Origin: an uncultured Methylomirabilota bacterium
Lineage (GTDB): Bacteria; Methylomirabilota; Methylomirabilia; Methylomirabilales; 2-02-FULL-66-22
Direction of reading: 5' to 3'
DNA: 64,000 bases
NCBI GenBank assembly: GCA_963845565.1
Contig: CAWJSJ010000005.1
Span: 192,001 to 256,000 of the forward strand
The first letter of the stretch is position 1; each line of letters begins with the position of its first letter. A model generated the notes under the pieces. It saw nothing but the letters and a program-made list of their open reading frames with translations. It ran no database searches and was not told where the DNA came from. Below are positions 27,869-37,787 of the stretch, piece by piece. Position numbers and translations under genes: made by a program.

Positions 27869-29119
27869 GTGAAGCGCCTCATCGATGCGGATCCGGACAT
27901 TGCCAAGATCATCCGACTGGAAACGGAGCGGCAGGCTTCGAAGCTGGAACTGATCGCCTCGGAGAACTTCGTCAGCGAGGCGGTCCTGGAGGCCATGGGG
28001 TCCCCGCTCACGAACAAGTATGCGGAAGGATACCCCGGGAAACGTTACTACGGGGGCTGTGAATTCGTCGACATGGCCGAGTCGCTGGCCATCGAACGGG
28101 CCAAGCAACTCTTCGGCGCCGATCACGTCAACGTGCAGCCGCATTCGGGGGCCCAGGCGAACATGGCGGCCTACTTTGCCCTGCTGGAGTACGGGGACAC
28201 GATTCTTGGCCTGAATCTGGCCCACGGCGGTCACCTGACCCACGGGAGTCCGGTCAACTTCTCGGGCCGGTTCTTTAAAGTGATCCCGTACAGCGTGGAA
28301 CCGAAGACCGAACAGATCGACATGGCGGAGGTGCGGCGGCTGGCGAAGGAGCACCGGCCGAAGATGATCGTGACGGGGGGGAGTGCCTATCCCCGCACGC
28401 TCCACTTCGACAAGTTCCGGGAGGTGGCGGACGAAGTGGGCGCATTCCTGATGGCCGACATCGCGCATCCCGCCGGGATCATCGCGGCGGGGTTGCATCC
28501 GTCGCCGGTTCCCTATTGCGACCTGGTGACCACGACAACGCACAAGACGCTGCGCGGGCCGCGGGGCGGGATGATCATGTGCAAGGCCGCGCACGCGGCG
28601 GCCGTCAACAAGAATATCTTTCCGGGGATGCAGGGCGGCCCCTTGATGCACGTCATCGCCGCCAAGGCGGTGGCCTTCAAGGAGGCGCTGGCGCCCGAGT
28701 TCCGGGACTACCAGCGCCAGATCGTGGCCAACGCCAAGGCGCTGGCGGAGGCGATGATCGCCCAGGGCTTCCGCTTGGTCTCGGGCGGGACGGATACCCA
28801 CGTGATGCTGGTGGACGTGGCCGTGAAGGGGCTGACCGGGAAGGCCGCCGAGGTCGCGCTGGACAAGGCCGGCCTCACGGTCAACAAGAATGCCATCCCC
28901 TTCGACACCAAGTCGCCCATGATCACCTCGGGCATCCGGCTGGGGACGCCGGCGCTCACCACCCGCGGGATGCGCGAAGGCGAGATGCGGACGGTGGCGG
29001 CGCTGATCGCCGAGGTTCTGACCGATGTCGAGAATGCCGCGCTGCACGCCCGCGTCGCCGGGAAGGTGCGGGACCTCTGCTCCTCGTTCCCTCTGTACCC
29101 GGAGCGACTCGCCGGCTAA
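27869..29119 (+). CDS. glyA: Serine hydroxymethyltransferase
   Basis: [41 protein letters not shown]. Confidence 0.97.
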   Translation: MKRLIDADPDIAKIIRLETERQASKLELIASENFVSEAVLEAMGSPLTNKYAEGYPGKRYYGGCEFVDMAESLAIERAKQLFGADHVNVQPHSGAQANMAAYFALLEYGDTILGLNLAHGGHLTHGSPVNFSGRFFKVIPYSVEPKTEQIDMAEVRRLAKEHRPKMIVTGGSAYPRTLHFDKFREVADEVGAFLMADIAHPAGIIAAGLHPSPVPYCDLVTTTTHKTLRGPRGGMIMCKAAHAAAVNKNIFPGMQGGPLMHVIAAKAVAFKEALAPEFRDYQRQIVANAKALAEAMIAQGFRLVSGGTDTHVMLVDVAVKGLTGKAAEVALDKAGLTVNKNAIPFDTKSPMITSGIRLGTPALTTRGMREGEMRTVAALIAEVLTDVENAALHARVAGKVRDLCSSFPLYPERLAG

Positions 29120-29222
29120 GCCGTTGTCAAGGAATTCGTTGAGCGGAGACATTCCGAAACGGCATAAGGAGCCGTAACGAAATAGGAAGAGATGTATAGG
29201 TTATTTCGTAACGGCTCCTAAC
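29117..29222 (+). repeat. 106-bp double-hairpin repeat, copy 2
   Basis: Matches the reverse complement of 14835-14940; begins at the glyA TAA. Confidence 0.9.
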
Positions 29223-29240
29223 GATCGCGGGACGCCTATG

Positions 29241-29327
29241 GCCACAAGAAGCACAAGAGGCACACACGGTCTCGGATTCCTGCGTAACTTGGCCTGGCGC
29301 CTGATTGTTTCTTGTGCTTCTTGTGGC
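29241..29327. repeat. 18-bp inverted repeat built from 9-mers
   Basis: GCCACAAGAAGCACAAGA ... TCTTGTGCTTCTTGTGGC. Confidence 0.75.
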
Positions 29328-29378
29328 TGATTCGAGCCCCCGATGGCGTCTTGTGGTTTCTTTCACGGAGGAGACGTT

Positions 29379-29849
29379 GTGCGCTGTCCCTACTGTAGCG
29401 CGATGTCGGAGAAGGTGGTGGATTCCCGCGAAGGGAAGGATGGCGACGTGATCCGGCGGCGCCGGGAGTGTCTGCAATGCCACCGGCGTTTTACCACCTA
29501 TGAGCGGATCGAAGAGATCCACTTCATGGTGGTGAAGAAAGACGGGCGGCGCGAGCCGTTTGACCGGCACAAGCTGCTGGGCGGCCTGACCAAGGCCATC
29601 CAGAAGCGTCCGGTCAGCGTCGCGCAACTCGAAGAGATTGTGGACGACATCGAGAGCCGGCTCGCCGAGAAGCCGGATCGGGAGATCTCCTCCACCGAGG
29701 TGGGGGAATTGGTGATGCGCCGCCTGCACGATCTCGACGAAGTGGCGTACGTCCGGTTCGCGTCGGTGTACCGCCAGTTCAAGGACGTCAATCAGTTCGT
29801 GGAAGAGGTGAAGAGCCTGCTCGGCCCGGTCAAGCGCACCAGGGACTAG
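29379..29849 (+). CDS. nrdR: Transcriptional repressor NrdR
   Basis: CPYC..KVVDSR, RRRREC..C..RFTTYE, ATP cone, [10 protein letters not shown]. Confidence 0.96.
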   Translation: MRCPYCSAMSEKVVDSREGKDGDVIRRRRECLQCHRRFTTYERIEEIHFMVVKKDGRREPFDRHKLLGGLTKAIQKRPVSVAQLEEIVDDIESRLAEKPDREISSTEVGELVMRRLHDLDEVAYVRFASVYRQFKDVNQFVEEVKSLLGPVKRTRD

Positions 29850-29928
29850 CGCCGCCCTGCCTCCTGCTTGCGATGGCCCGAGGCGCGCCTCCGGCAACGG
29901 GCTGCGGCTCGGGAGAACGTCGCTCGCC

Positions 29929-30567
29929 ATGCCGACGTACTATCCGATGATGGTGGACCTGGCCGGGCGTCGCTGTCTGGTCGTGGGCGGCGGGCGGGTC
30001 GCCGAGCGCAAGATCGCGCGTCTTGTGGACTGCGGCGCCGAGGTGGAGGTGGTCAGCCCGGCCACCACAAGCAAGATCACAGAACTCGCCGCCGCCGGCA
30101 CGATCCGTCTGCGCCGCCGAACCGTGAGAACCGCCGACCTCTCGGATGCCTTCCTGGTGTTCGCAGCCACCGACGACCCGGAGGTGAACCGGACGGTGGC
30201 GAATACGGTACGGCGCGCAGGCGGTCTGGTGAACGTGGCCGACCCTCCGGATGCATGTACGTTTCTGGTCCCGGCGGTGGTGCGGCGGGGGGACCTCTCC
30301 ATCGCGATCTCCACCGGGGGCGGCAGCCCGGCGCTCGCGAAGCGGTTGCGCCAGCGACTGGAGGCGACGATCGGGCCCGAGTATGAGGCGTTCCTCGCGG
30401 CGCTCAGCCGGTTGCGCACCCAGGCGCGACGCACCATTCACGATCCGGCGGAGCGGCAGGCGCTCTACCGGCGGGCGGTGGACTCCGACCTGTACGATCA
30501 CGCCGCCCGCGGGGATCACGCCGCGGTGACGGCGTGCATCGCGGACCTGTTGCGCCGGACCCCCTGA
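29929..30567 (+). CDS. Precorrin-2 dehydrogenase/sirohydrochlorin ferrochelatase (SirC/Met8, CysG N-terminal type)
   Basis: LVVGGGRVAERK, VNVADPP..CTF, AISTGGGSPALA. Confidence 0.92.
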   Translation: MPTYYPMMVDLAGRRCLVVGGGRVAERKIARLVDCGAEVEVVSPATTSKITELAAAGTIRLRRRTVRTADLSDAFLVFAATDDPEVNRTVANTVRRAGGLVNVADPPDACTFLVPAVVRRGDLSIAISTGGGSPALAKRLRQRLEATIGPEYEAFLAALSRLRTQARRTIHDPAERQALYRRAVDSDLYDHAARGDHAAVTACIADLLRRTP

Positions 30568-30604
30568 GATACGGGCCGAAGTTCCTTCAGCGAGCCGAGC
30601 GACG

Positions 30605-31420
30605 ATGCGGATCGACGAGTTTTTCTTCTATGCAGCGCTGGCGGGGTATCTGCTGGGGGCGTTCCACTACCTGCTCCACGTGGTCACCTCCAACCGGCGC
30701 ATCGGGACGGTGGCCACGGCGGCTACCCTTGCAGGGTTCGCCGCCCATACCGTGTCCCACCTGTGCCGCGTGTACGCGCTGAAGCGGCCGCCGCTCACCA
30801 GTCCCTACGAGAGCCTCTCGTTTCTTGCCTGGGCCATCGTCCTGATCTACCTGGCGATCGAGCTCCGGTACCATAACCGGATCATGGGGGCGTTCGCGCT
30901 GCCGCTCGCCGTCCTGGCCGGCTCGGCGGCGGCAGCCCTGCCGCGTCGTATCGCAGAGCTGGCTCCGACGCTGCAAGGCGTGGGGCTCTGGTCGCATGTG
31001 GGGTTGGCCCTGTTCGGGAACGCCGCCTTTGCCTTGACGTTCTGCGCGGGTCTCATGTATCTGATGCAGGAACGGCAGCTGAAGTCGCGGCATCCCGGCC
31101 GCCTGTACTTTCGGTTGCCGGCCTTGGAATTCCTGGACGACATCGGATTCAAGTCCATCCTGTTTGGGTTTCCGCTGCTCACGCTGGCCCTGATCAGCGG
31201 GTCGCTGTGGGCCGAGCAGGCCCGGGGGTCGTTCTTTACCTGGCGTCCGCGCGAGGTCTGGTCGGTCGTCAGCTGGCTGATCTACGCGGGGCTGCTCTAT
31301 GCCAGGGTGTCCGTGGGGTGGCGGGGCCGAAAAGCGGCCATCCTGGCCATCCTCGGCTTCTGTCTTGTACTGATCACGTTCATCGGCGTCAAGGTGGTCA
31401 AGAGCGGCCAGTTGATGTGA
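30605..31420 (+). CDS. ccsA: CcsA/HemX-like cytochrome c assembly membrane protein
   Basis: TM helices; GSLWA, W-rich WRPREVWSVVSWLIY, GWRGRKAA. Confidence 0.8.
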   Translation: MRIDEFFFYAALAGYLLGAFHYLLHVVTSNRRIGTVATAATLAGFAAHTVSHLCRVYALKRPPLTSPYESLSFLAWAIVLIYLAIELRYHNRIMGAFALPLAVLAGSAAAALPRRIAELAPTLQGVGLWSHVGLALFGNAAFALTFCAGLMYLMQERQLKSRHPGRLYFRLPALEFLDDIGFKSILFGFPLLTLALISGSLWAEQARGSFFTWRPREVWSVVSWLIYAGLLYARVSVGWRGRKAAILAILGFCLVLITFIGVKVVKSGQLM

Positions 31421-31510
31421 GGCGGCGACGGGCACCGCATGCCGGTTGCCCCTGACCCGTCGACGCCGACACGCCGGACCGTGGTACCCGCGGCGGCTCG
31501 TTAGGTGGGA

Positions 31511-32788
31511 ATGGAACTCTTCGTTCTTGGATTGAGTCACAAAACCGCCCCCATCGACGTGCGGGAACGCCTGGCCGTCCCGGAGCGTGAGCTCCCGAAG
31601 GTCCTGGAGACCCTCGGCGAGGTGCCCGAGCTCGCGGAGCGGATGTTCTTCACCACCTGTAACCGGGCCGAGGTCTACGGGGTGGCCGCGGGGCCGCTCC
31701 CGCAGGCCGTCGAGGCGGTCCGGAGCAGCTTGGAGCGGTATCGCAATCTGGAGCCCTCGGCGCTGGCGGGCGCCCTGTATACCCACACCGCGGGGGAGGC
31801 GGCGCGGCATGTGTTCCGGGTGGCGGCCAGCCTGGACTCCATGGTCGTCGGCGAGCCGCAGATTCTCGGCCAGGTCAAGGCGGCCTACACGGTTGCACGC
31901 GCCCAGCAGGCCACCGGTATCATCCTGAGCAACCTGCTGGAGCAGGCGTTTCACGTCGCCAAGCGGGTGCGGACGGAGACCGGCATCGCCACCGCCCCCG
32001 TGTCCATCGCGTCGGTCGCCGTGGAGCTGGCGCGCAAGATTTTTGGCGATCTCACAGGGCGAACCGTCTTAATCCTCGGGGCGGGCGAGATGGCAGAGCT
32101 GGCGCTGCGCCACCTGATGGACGACGGGGTGCGCTCGATCCTGGTGGCCAACCGCAGCCACGAGCGCGCGGTGGCCCTGGCAGAGCAGTTCCACGGCAAG
32201 GCGGTGACGTTTGACACCTTTCACCGCGAGATGGTGGAGGCGGACATCGTGATCAGCTCCACCAGCGCCCCGCATCTGATCCTGAAGAAGGAGGAGGTGC
32301 AGGCGATCATTTCGGAGCGGCGCCACCGGCCGATCTTCCTGATCGATATCGCCAATCCCCGGGACATCGACCCCGGCTGCAACGAGGTGGACAACGTCTA
32401 CCTGTACAACATCGACGACCTGCAATCGGTGGTCGCCAGCAACTTGCAGGAGCGGCAGCGAGAGGCCGAGCGCGCCGAGGTCATCGTCGACCGCGAAGTC
32501 GGCGTCTTCCAGGCGTGGCTCCGCGGGCTCGATGTGGTTCCGACGATCGTCTCGCTCCGGAACCGGGTAGAGGAGATCCGGACGGCCGAGCTCCAGAAAG
32601 CCATGGTGCGCCTGGGAGACCTCACGGCGGAACAGCGGGAGGCCATCACGTCGATGACCACGGCCATGATCAACAAAATCCTGCACCAGCCGATGAGCGA
32701 GCTCCGGCGGCACGCCGTTCACCAGGACGGCCACCTCTACTCCACGATCCTGCGGCGGCTGTTCGGCCTGGAAGAGAAGGAGCGGTGA
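31511..32788 (+). CDS. hemA: Glutamyl-tRNA reductase
   Basis: GLSHKTAP, TCNRAE, SLDSMVVGEPQILGQVK, GAGEMAE, DIANPRDI. Confidence 0.96.
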   Translation: MELFVLGLSHKTAPIDVRERLAVPERELPKVLETLGEVPELAERMFFTTCNRAEVYGVAAGPLPQAVEAVRSSLERYRNLEPSALAGALYTHTAGEAARHVFRVAASLDSMVVGEPQILGQVKAAYTVARAQQATGIILSNLLEQAFHVAKRVRTETGIATAPVSIASVAVELARKIFGDLTGRTVLILGAGEMAELALRHLMDDGVRSILVANRSHERAVALAEQFHGKAVTFDTFHREMVEADIVISSTSAPHLILKKEEVQAIISERRHRPIFLIDIANPRDIDPGCNEVDNVYLYNIDDLQSVVASNLQERQREAERAEVIVDREVGVFQAWLRGLDVVPTIVSLRNRVEEIRTAELQKAMVRLGDLTAEQREAITSMTTAMINKILHQPMSELRRHAVHQDGHLYSTILRRLFGLEEKER

Positions 32789-33888
32789 CACTGAGAGCCG
32801 AGAGCCGAGAGCCGAGAGCCGAGGATGAAGCGCGGGGAGCCGCGAGCCGCGAGCCGGGATTCGGAGAGACCGACCTGCGACCACTCGTCATCGGGACACG
32901 CGGGTCGCGGCTCGCGGTGTGGCAGGCGGAGCACGTTGCGTCGCGGCTGCGGGCGGCCTTTCCGACCATCGCGCTCCGACTGGAGCGCATCCGGACGATG
33001 GGGGACAAGATCTTGGACGTCCCGCTGGCGCAGGTCGGCGGCAAGGCGCTCTTCGTCAAGGAGATCGAAGAGGCGCTGCTGGCCGGCCAGGTGGATCTCG
33101 CGGTCCACAGCATGAAGGATGTCCCGACCGATCTCCCTCCGGGCCTCACCATTGCTGCCATCCCCCGGCGCGAGGATGCCGCCGACGTTCTGATATCCCG
33201 GCGGGGCGCGCGGTTGGCGGATCTGCCCCGCGGCGCGCGGGTCGGGACCAGTAGCCTGCGGCGCCAGGCGCAGCTCCTCCATATCCGGCCGGACCTTGCC
33301 ATCGTGAGTTTGCGCGGGAATCTCGACACGCGGATCCGGAAGTTGTCCGACGAAGGGCTCGATGCCATCGTCCTGGCGGCGGCGGGAGTCGCGCGGCTGG
33401 GGCTCGCGCACGTGGTGACGGAGGTGCTGTCGCCGGAGGTGTTCTTACCGGCCATCGGTCAGGGAGCCTTGGGGATCGAGGTGCGAGAGCCGGGGGGCGA
33501 GAGCCGAGAGCCGAGAGCGGAGAACAGAGAGCCACGAGCCACGAGCCACGAGCCACGAGTTGAGAGCCGAGCGGCGAGGGTCGCGGAGATGGTGAAAGCT
33601 CTCGACGATCGGGAGACGCACGTGGCGGTGCGAGCGGAACGGGCGATGCTCAAACGCCTCGGCGGCGGGTGCCAGGTACCCATCGCGGCGTGGGCGACTG
33701 TGGAGGCGGACGCCATCTTGCTGCGCGGACTCATCGCCGCCACCGATGGCGTGACCGTGATTCGAGGGGAAGCGCGGGGAACGGTCGGCGAGCCGGAGAC
33801 GGTCGGGCGCGACCTGGCGGAAGATCTGCTCCAGCGGGGTGGGCAGGCGGTTCTCGAAACCATTCTCGGAGGGCGTCTCGGTGCGTGA
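32785..33888 (+). CDS. hemC: Porphobilinogen deaminase with repeat-derived N-terminal and internal insertions
   Basis: IGTRGSRLA, AVHSMKDVP, GTSSLRR, RGNLDTR, GGGCQVPI. Confidence 0.93.
   Translation: MTLRAESREPRAEDEARGAASREPGFGETDLRPLVIGTRGSRLAVWQAEHVASRLRAAFPTIALRLERIRTMGDKILDVPLAQVGGKALFVKEIEEALLAGQVDLAVHSMKDVPTDLPPGLTIAAIPRREDAADVLISRRGARLADLPRGARVGTSSLRRQAQLLHIRPDLAIVSLRGNLDTRIRKLSDEGLDAIVLAAAGVARLGLAHVVTEVLSPEVFLPAIGQGALGIEVREPGGESREPRAENREPRATSHEPRVESRAARVAEMVKALDDRETHVAVRAERAMLKRLGGGCQVPIAAWATVEADAILLRGLIAATDGVTVIRGEARGTVGEPETVGRDLAEDLLQRGGQAVLETILGGRLGA
32793..32858. repeat. Heptamer array (GAGAGCC)4 plus GCGAGCC units
   Basis: Direct inspection; lies at the hemC 5' end. Confidence 0.85.
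33485..33568. repeat. In-frame array of 12 heptamers (GAGAGCC/ACGAGCC) inside hemC
   Basis: 84 nt = 28 codons, encoding ...ESREPRAENREPRATSHEPRVES. Confidence 0.85.
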
Positions 33889-35422
33889 GGGTGCGGGGAA
33901 GGTTTACTTGATCGGCGCCGGACCGGGAGATCCGGGTCTCTTCACGGTGAAGGGGGTCCGCTGCCTTGAGAAGGCAGACGTCGTCCTGTACGACGCCCTG
34001 GCCAATTCCCGCCTGCTCACGCATGTCAAGCCGGGCGCGGAGCTCATCTACGTGGGAAAGCGAGGCGGGCAGCACGCCCTGCGGCAGGACGAGATTGGGC
34101 GCCTTCTGGTGGAACGGGCGGGCGCGGGAAAGGTCGTCGCCCGGCTGAAGGGGGGCGATCCGTTCATCTTCGGGCGGGGAGGCGAGGAGGCAGAGGAGCT
34201 GGTAACCGCCGGCATTCCCTTCGAGGTCGTGCCGGGCGTCACCTCAGCCGTTGCGGCGCCCGCCTACGCCGGCATCCCGCTCACCCACCGGGATTTCACC
34301 TCGACGGTGGCGTTCGTCACCGGGCACGAGGACCCGACCAAGGAAGACACGAGCATTGCGTGGGACAAGATTGCCACCGGAGTCGGGACGCTGGTCTTCT
34401 TCATGGGCGTTGGCCGGTTGCCCGAGATCGTGCGGCAGTTGGTGGATCATGGGCGGGCGCCGGAGACTCCCGCCGCCGTCATCCGCTGGGGGACCAGGGC
34501 AGACCAGGTCGTGGTGACGGGAACGCTGGCGACCCTGGTGGAGCGCGCCGGCGGAATCAAGCCGCCCGCGCTGATCGTGGTGGGGGAGGTCGTTCGGCTC
34601 CGCGAAAAACTTCACTGGTTCGAGGATGCGCCGCTCTTTGGGAAACGAATCCTGGTCACGCGGGCGCGCGAGCAAGCCAGTGTCCTTACCCAGCGACTGG
34701 AGGCGGCCGGGGCCGAGGTTGTTGAGTTCCCCACCATCCAGATCGCGCCGCCGGAGACCTGGGAGCCGCTGGACGCCGCGATCGCCCGACTGCGCGAGTA
34801 CCAATGGGCGATCTTTACGAGCGCAAACGGCGTGCGGTTCTTCTGGGATCGGTTGCAGCACGTTGGACGAGACGCCCGCGACCTCTTCGGGATCATGGTC
34901 TGCGCCATCGGTCCGGCCACCGCGGCGGCGCTCTGCGAACGAGGGGTGCGGGCGGACGTCGTCCCGGACGAGTTCAAGGCGGAAGGGCTGGTGGATGCGG
35001 TCGCGGGGCGGCTGCAACCCGGTGCGCGGGTCCTCTTGGCGCGGGCCGCCGAGGCGCGCGAGGTGCTGCCCGAGGAATTGATTCGCCGGGGAGCCTTGGT
35101 GGACGTCGTGTCCGCCTACCGAACGATCAAGGCTGTGTCAAATGCCGATGAGGTGCGTGGGTTACTCCAGGAAGGCAAGATCCACGCCGTCACGTTCACC
35201 AGTTCGTCCACCGTCAAGCACTTCCTCGACCTGGTGGGGAGCGACGGCGGGGTACTTCTGCGGGATGTGGTGGTCGCCAGCATCGGCCCGATCACGGAAG
35301 AAACGGCGGCCCGGCAGGGGATTGTCAGCCACGTTGTGCCGGAAAGCTACACCATCCCCGCCCTCGCGGACGCCCTGGTCCGCCATCTTCAGGCGACTCG
35401 ACCGACCTCCGGTCCAGAATAG
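33881..35422 (+). CDS. cobA-hemD: Uroporphyrinogen-III C-methyltransferase/uroporphyrinogen-III synthase fusion
   Basis: GAGPGDPGL, RLKGGDPFIFGRGGEE; ILVTRAREQA, FTSANGV, FTSSSTV. Confidence 0.93.
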   Translation: MREGAGKVYLIGAGPGDPGLFTVKGVRCLEKADVVLYDALANSRLLTHVKPGAELIYVGKRGGQHALRQDEIGRLLVERAGAGKVVARLKGGDPFIFGRGGEEAEELVTAGIPFEVVPGVTSAVAAPAYAGIPLTHRDFTSTVAFVTGHEDPTKEDTSIAWDKIATGVGTLVFFMGVGRLPEIVRQLVDHGRAPETPAAVIRWGTRADQVVVTGTLATLVERAGGIKPPALIVVGEVVRLREKLHWFEDAPLFGKRILVTRAREQASVLTQRLEAAGAEVVEFPTIQIAPPETWEPLDAAIARLREYQWAIFTSANGVRFFWDRLQHVGRDARDLFGIMVCAIGPATAAALCERGVRADVVPDEFKAEGLVDAVAGRLQPGARVLLARAAEAREVLPEELIRRGALVDVVSAYRTIKAVSNADEVRGLLQEGKIHAVTFTSSSTVKHFLDLVGSDGGVLLRDVVVASIGPITEETAARQGIVSHVVPESYTIPALADALVRHLQATRPTSGPE

Positions 35423-35601
35423 GCAGCCCTGTTCCGGCCCTTTTCCCTTGACAACTGCTCGATTTTACAGTTACTTTCCGCCTTGGCGGGATGCCTGTTC
35501 CGGTGCTGCGGAAATTTCCCAGCACCGTTTTTCATTTCTGGAACACGGCCTGCATCAGCACGTTGGGTCAATCGACGGTCCGAGTTCACGGAGAAGGACG
35601 C

Positions 35602-36726
35602 ATGGCCGTTCCAGTGCTGGATCTCAAGGCGCAATATGCAGGAATCCGCGGCAAGATCGATGCGGCAGTGCATGCCGTCCTGGAGAGCGGTCATTTCGTC
35701 CTCGGCCCCAACGTCGCGGCGCTGGAAGAAGAGTTGAGGGGGTTTCTCGGGGTCGCCAGGGCGGTGACCATGGCCTCGGGGACCGATGCCTTGCACCTGG
35801 GCCTTCGTGCCGTCGGGGTGACCGCGCACGACCTCGTCATCGTCCCGTCGTTTACCTTCGTAGCCACGGCGACCGCCGTCTCCTACATCGGGGCGCGGCC
35901 CGTCTTTGCAGATATCCAGCCCGGGACGTTCAACCTGGACCCGGTTCAGGTGGAGGCCTGCCTGTCCCGGAGAGGGCCCGGCCCGCAGCCTGCGGGGCGG
36001 TTCAAGGCCCTCATCCCGGTTCACCTGTACGGCCAGCCCGCCGACATGCAGCCGCTCATCGCCACCGCACGCGCCCAAGGCGTCGCGGTGGTGGAGGATG
36101 CGGCGCAGGCCATCGGCGCAACGTACCGGGGGAAACGGGTCGGAGGGCTGGGCGATGTGGGCTGCTTCAGCTTCTACCCCACCAAGAACCTGGGGGCGAT
36201 GGGGGATGGCGGGCTGGCCACCACGCAGGACCCGGCGCTCGGGGATCACTTGCTCCGCCTCCGCGTGTACGGGGGGCGCCAGCGATACCTGCACGACGAG
36301 TTGGGATTCAATAGCCGGCTGGATGAGATCCAGGCGGCGGTCCTGCGGGTGAAGCTGGGCTGCCTGGCCGAGTGGACCGAACGGCGGCGGACGATCGCCG
36401 CCCGGTACCGGGCGGGCCTGACCGATTCCGGCGTCGTGGTGCCGTCGGAGCGGCCCGACGCGACCCACGTCTATCATCAATTCGCAATCCGCGTCCCCAA
36501 CCGGGACGCCGTCCAGCGACGCATGGCGGAGCGGGAGGTGCACACGGCGATCTACTACCCTCTCCCGCTTCACTTGCAGCCGATGTATCGCGACCTCGGC
36601 TACCGGCCCGGGGATTTCCCCGAAGCGGAGCGGGCGGCGAGAGAGGTCTTGTGCCTCCCCATGTATCCGGAACTCACCGATGCGCAGGTCGACGAGGTGA
36701 TCGAAGCCGTCCGGCGGTCCCTGTGA
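35602..36726 (+). CDS. DegT/DnrJ/EryC1/StrS sugar aminotransferase
   Basis: SGTDAL, PVHLYGQ, EDAAQA, SFYPTKNLGAMGDGG, NSRLDEIQAA. Confidence 0.93.
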   Translation: MAVPVLDLKAQYAGIRGKIDAAVHAVLESGHFVLGPNVAALEEELRGFLGVARAVTMASGTDALHLGLRAVGVTAHDLVIVPSFTFVATATAVSYIGARPVFADIQPGTFNLDPVQVEACLSRRGPGPQPAGRFKALIPVHLYGQPADMQPLIATARAQGVAVVEDAAQAIGATYRGKRVGGLGDVGCFSFYPTKNLGAMGDGGLATTQDPALGDHLLRLRVYGGRQRYLHDELGFNSRLDEIQAAVLRVKLGCLAEWTERRRTIAARYRAGLTDSGVVVPSERPDATHVYHQFAIRVPNRDAVQRRMAEREVHTAIYYPLPLHLQPMYRDLGYRPGDFPEAERAAREVLCLPMYPELTDAQVDEVIEAVRRSL

Positions 36727-36742
36727 GGGCGGAAGGGGCGCC

Positions 36743-37787
36743 ATGCACGACGTGTTGAGGCAGATCACGGGCACGCTCCTCGTGACGGGCGGCATGGGGT
36801 TCATCGGGTCCAACTTCGTCCGACACATTCTGCGCGAGCATCCCACCGCCCGTGTGGTGAACCTGGACAAGGTGACCTACGCCGGAAATCCCCGCAATCT
36901 GGCAGACATTGCCGGCGATGCCCGCTACACCTTCGTGCAGGCGGACATCTGCGACGCGGAGGCGGTGGCCGGGGCGCTGGCCACGCATCGGCCCGATCAG
37001 ATCGTCCACTGTGCCGCCGAGACCCACGTGGACCGTTCCATCCTTGGAGCGGGGGACTTTGTCCGGACCAACGTGGAAGGCACCCGAGTGCTCCTCGATG
37101 CCGCCCGAGCCGCCGGCGTGCGGCGGTTTCTGCACGTGTCCACCGACGAGGTCTACGGGTCGCTGGGATCCACCGGGGCGTTCACGGAGGCGTCGCCGCT
37201 CCAGCCGAACAGCCCGTACGCCGCCAGCAAGACCGGGGCGGACGTCCTGGCCAGGGCCTATTTCGTCACCTACGGCCTGCCGGTCATCATCACGCGGACG
37301 TGCAACAATTACGGCCCATATCAATTCCCCGAGAAGTTCATCCCGCTGATGGTCGTGAACGCCATGCGCGAGGAACCGCTGCCCATTTACGGAGACGGGC
37401 TCTACGTTCGGGAGTGGCTGCACGTCGAGGACCACTGCCGCGCGCTGGCGGCCGTCCTGGCGGCGGGCCAGCCCGGCGAGGTGTATAACATCGGAAGCGG
37501 TGAGGAGCGGGCGAATCTGGAGGTGGCCCGGGAGATCCTCCGCCTCACCGGGCGGCCCGAGACACTTCTCACCCATGTAACGGACCGCCCCGGACACGAC
37601 CGGCGGTACGCTCTGGACCATTCCAAGATCCGCCGGGAGATCGAATGGGCTCCGGCCATCGCCTTCAGCGCCGGTCTCCGGCACGTCGTGGAGTGGTATC
37701 GTCGGCATGAAGCCTGGTGGCAGCGAGATCCTCTCCGGGGAGTACCGGGCGTATTACCGTCTTCAGTACGGCGAGCGCATCGCATGA
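36743..37787 (+). CDS. rfbB: dTDP-glucose 4,6-dehydratase; apparent +1 frameshift near 37722
   Basis: TGGMGFIGSN, AAETHVDRSI, STDEVYG, NNYGPYQFPEK; typical tail EILSGEYRAYYRLQYG in the +1 frame ending at an ATGA overlap. Confidence 0.9.

Noticed and set aside
32793..33568. Short repeat arrays as CRISPR
   Set aside because: Contiguous 7-mers with no spacers and no cas genes
27869..35422. glyA-nrdR and the sirC-ccsA-hemA-hemC-cobA/hemD arrangement as novel
   Set aside because: Common, well-known gene orders
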